Position numbers and translations under genes: made by a program
The notes under the pieces: model-generated
The model's input: only the letters and a program-made list of their open reading frames with translations
Database searches by the model: none
What the model was told of the DNA's origin: nothing
Assembly: GCA_038128265.1 (NCBI GenBank)
Contig: JAYPJE010000001.1
Location: forward strand, 128,582-157,689
Source of the DNA: Gemmatimonadota bacterium
GTDB taxonomy: Bacteria; Latescibacterota; UBA2968; UBA8231
Direction of reading: 5' to 3'
DNA length: 29,108 bases
Shown here: piece by piece, positions 26,757-29,108 of the stretch
Layout: the number at the start of each line of letters is the position of its first letter
Numbering within the stretch: position 1 is the stretch's first letter

Positions 26757-27533
26757 ATGCGTTTACAGGATAGAGTGGCTCTGGTCACGGGCGGTTCGTC
26801 GGGCATTGGCCGCGGCATTTGTTTGGAGCTGGCGCGCGAGGGCGCACAGGTTAGCGTGGCCGATCTGCGCGAGGAGCCCAAGGTCGGCAAGTATCACGAT
26901 GTGGAAACGCAGGCGCCGACGGCGCAGGCCATCGTCGAGGGCGGCGGCCGCGCGCATTTTGTCGAGGCCGACCTAGGCGATGCGGCCTCGGTCGAGGCTA
27001 TGGTCGCCGCGTGCGTGGCGCAGTGGGGACGCCTCGATATCGTCGTCAACAACGCCGGCATCCACATTCCCGGCGACAGCCAGCAGCTCGAGGTGGGCGA
27101 CTGGGATCGCGTGATGGCGATCAATCTGCGCGGCCCCTACCTGAGCACCAAATTCGCCGCGCCACACCTCAAGCAGTCGCCGGCCGGGCGCATCATCAAC
27201 ATCGCCTCGGTGCACGCCTTTGCCGGCGGCGGCGGCCCCGTCTACCCGCCGGCCAAGGCCGGCTTGGTCAACCTGACGCGCGACTCGGCCGTCGAGTTGG
27301 CCGGCCACGGCATTACGGTCAACGCAATTTGTCCCGGCTATATCGAAACGCCGATCCAGGACTATCTGACGGAGGAGCAGATCGAGGCCTCGCGCCAGCG
27401 CACGCCGCTGCCGCGCCTGGGGCTGCCGCGCGATATTGGCCGCGCCGCCGTCTTTTTTGCGTCGGACGACGCCGAGTGGATCACGGGCACGGCCCTGCCG
27501 GTTGACGGCGGCTGGCTGGCGCCCATCATGTAG
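26757..27533 (+). CDS. Short-chain dehydrogenase/reductase (FabG-like SDR)
   Basis: TGGSSGIG, NNAG, NIAS, YxxxK (YPPAK), VNAICPG, VDGG. GGAGG RBS. Confidence 0.93.
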   Translation: MRLQDRVALVTGGSSGIGRGICLELAREGAQVSVADLREEPKVGKYHDVETQAPTAQAIVEGGGRAHFVEADLGDAASVEAMVAACVAQWGRLDIVVNNAGIHIPGDSQQLEVGDWDRVMAINLRGPYLSTKFAAPHLKQSPAGRIINIASVHAFAGGGGPVYPPAKAGLVNLTRDSAVELAGHGITVNAICPGYIETPIQDYLTEEQIEASRQRTPLPRLGLPRDIGRAAVFFASDDAEWITGTALPVDGGWLAPIM

Positions 27534-27554
27534 CTCTTTTCGGGAGAACGTGCG

Positions 27555-28784
27555 ATGGAACGCGCGCTGAGCGTAGACGAAGCATCGAGTGCGGCCGGCA
27601 TACAGCGGGCCATAGACGAAGTGGCCGAGCGCGGCGGCGGGCGCGTCGTTTTGCCGGCCATGGAGCTGGAGCTAGACCGCGGATTGGAACTGCGCTCGGG
27701 GATCGAATTGTGCGGTCAAGGCGTCGATACGGTGTTAAAAAAGGGGCCGGGGCGGGTCTATCCCTTTTCCGGCTACCACAACTACGGCATGTGCGACGCG
27801 CCGCTGCAGTCGGCGGCCGGACTGGACGTGGGCATGACCGTGTCGCTGCACGACGGCCGCACGCACGGCGGTTTCTACGAGACCTTTGCGACGATCACCT
27901 GGATCGACGGCGACTGGGTCGGGCTCGACCACGGCATCGAGGCCGACTACCGCGCCGAAGACGCGCCGTGCCTGACGACGGTCTATCCGCTGGTCTTTGG
28001 CCACCGGGTGCGCGACGTGGCGCTGCGCGACCTGCATCTGGAGGGCAATCGCGCCGCGCAGGAAAAGGGCATGGGCGGCTGCCGCGGCAGCGCCGTCTAC
28101 TTTGCGCGCAGTCGCGGTATCGAAGTGTGCGGCGTCAGCGAGCGCGACTACCACGGCGAAGGGCTGGGATTTCAGATGTGCCGCGACGTGCAGATCGTCG
28201 ATAGCCGCTTTGACGACAACAGCGGCAACGGCCTGCACCCGGGCGCCGGCAGCACCAATGCGCGCTTTAGCGGCTGTGCGGCCAACGGCAACGACAAGGC
28301 CGGCTTTTTCTTCTGCGTGCGCGCCAACCACATCACGGTGCGTGCGTGCGGCTTTGCCGGCAATCGACTCGGCGTATCCATCGGCACGCGCGACTGCTAC
28401 AACCTGGTCACTGGGTGCACGATCGAAGGCAACGGCGGTCCCGGCATTCTGGCGCGCTCGAGCCCGCGCCCGGTCGAGGTGCACTCGTGCCGCATCGAGC
28501 AGTGCCAGCTGCGCGACAACGCGACGACGGAGGGCCGCGGGCAGATCGAAGTGACCAGCGACGCGCACGATATGGTCCTGTCCGGCAACGCAATCGACGG
28601 CGGCGCCTGCGGGGTGCACATTGCCGAAACCGCGCAGAACATTTTTTTGCAGGGCAACGCCTTTGCGGGGTGCGCTGTCGACGTTGCGGCCGAGAAGGGG
28701 AGCTTGGCAGAGACCGAACCGGTCTTCGAATGCGGCTATGGCTCCGGGTCGGAAGCCCACTTTCGCCACTTGGATACGGCGTGA
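27555..28784 (+). CDS. Right-handed parallel beta-helix repeat protein (pectin-lyase-like fold)
   Basis: IQRAIDEVAERGGGRVVLPA capping motif and repeated N-G/GN ladders (DNSGNGL, GNDKAGF, GNRLGV, GNGGPGI). GGAG RBS. Confidence 0.85.
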   Translation: MERALSVDEASSAAGIQRAIDEVAERGGGRVVLPAMELELDRGLELRSGIELCGQGVDTVLKKGPGRVYPFSGYHNYGMCDAPLQSAAGLDVGMTVSLHDGRTHGGFYETFATITWIDGDWVGLDHGIEADYRAEDAPCLTTVYPLVFGHRVRDVALRDLHLEGNRAAQEKGMGGCRGSAVYFARSRGIEVCGVSERDYHGEGLGFQMCRDVQIVDSRFDDNSGNGLHPGAGSTNARFSGCAANGNDKAGFFFCVRANHITVRACGFAGNRLGVSIGTRDCYNLVTGCTIEGNGGPGILARSSPRPVEVHSCRIEQCQLRDNATTEGRGQIEVTSDAHDMVLSGNAIDGGACGVHIAETAQNIFLQGNAFAGCAVDVAAEKGSLAETEPVFECGYGSGSEAHFRHLDTA

Positions 28785-28905
28785 ACCGACCGGTTTCTCC
28801 AGTAAAACAGGCAATTTTATTATAAAAAAGATAAATTTACATTTTTTTAGAAGATCACCGTGTAAAAAAGTGGCAATTTGATTGGTTTTATTTTAAGTTG
28901 ATAAA

Positions 28906-28935
28906 TGTGACCTTCGTCACCGACGCACGTATACT
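28906..28935 (+). promoter_or_regulatory. CRP/FNR-family-like site overlapping a putative sigma70 promoter
   Basis: TGTGA-N6-TCACC at 28906-28921; GTGACC (28907-28912), 17 bp, TATACT (28930-28935); AT-rich upstream DNA. Confidence 0.5.
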
Positions 28936-29030
28936 AGTGTGATACATTTTTCTCATGTAAATGCAGTGTTGAAAATGCTGCGCGCTTTGGACTAAGGCCG
29001 TGTCCATCGCGTCACCCGAGAGCGCACTGT

Positions 29031-29108
29031 ATGTCCACAGTCTCTAATCCAACCCATCGCTCCGTTGCACTGGCCGCGCTGTTCTGCGCGGCGTTTGTGC
29101 TGTACGGC
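29031..29108 (+). CDS. Start of a probable secreted or membrane protein (truncated by window end)
   Basis: ATG 29031 gives MSTVSNPTHRSVALAALFCAAFVLYG, which is signal-peptide-like and open to the window edge. Confidence 0.45.
   Translation, partial: MSTVSNPTHRSVALAALFCAAFVLYG

Overview
This is a 29.1-kb, high-GC bacterial chromosomal window with no rRNA, tRNA, CRISPR array or mobile element. The long OstA-like gene and overall gene style suggest a diderm of the FCB/Latescibacterota type, which is inference only. From left to right it contains: (1) ostA/lptA-like, lptB and rpoN with a terminator; (2) a minus-strand operon encoding a protein with three tandem Rid (YjgF)-like repeats, a split TPP-dependent (sulfo/phosphono)pyruvate decarboxylase-like alpha/beta pair and a LarA/DUF362-like protein; (3) a DUF2064/TIGR04282 protein; (4) a long minus-strand run of HDOD protein, a 2475-aa giant protein, an ATP-grasp protein, a GHMP sugar kinase, an NYN nuclease and fabI; (5) a sigma54-promoter-preceded FlgN-like / PAS histidine kinase / sigma54 activator module; (6) a membrane protein, DUF1684, an SDR and a beta-helix protein. 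The main candidate for an undescribed system is the giant protein. By motif reading it is a UDP-glucose/GDP-mannose-dehydrogenase fold stretched about 2.5-fold by large insertions, with the catalytic Lys and Cys retained, fused to a C-terminal ATP-grasp ligase. It overlaps a second, related ATP-grasp gene that is followed by a divergent fucokinase/HddA-like kinase. All domain calls were made by eye from motifs; no database search was run.
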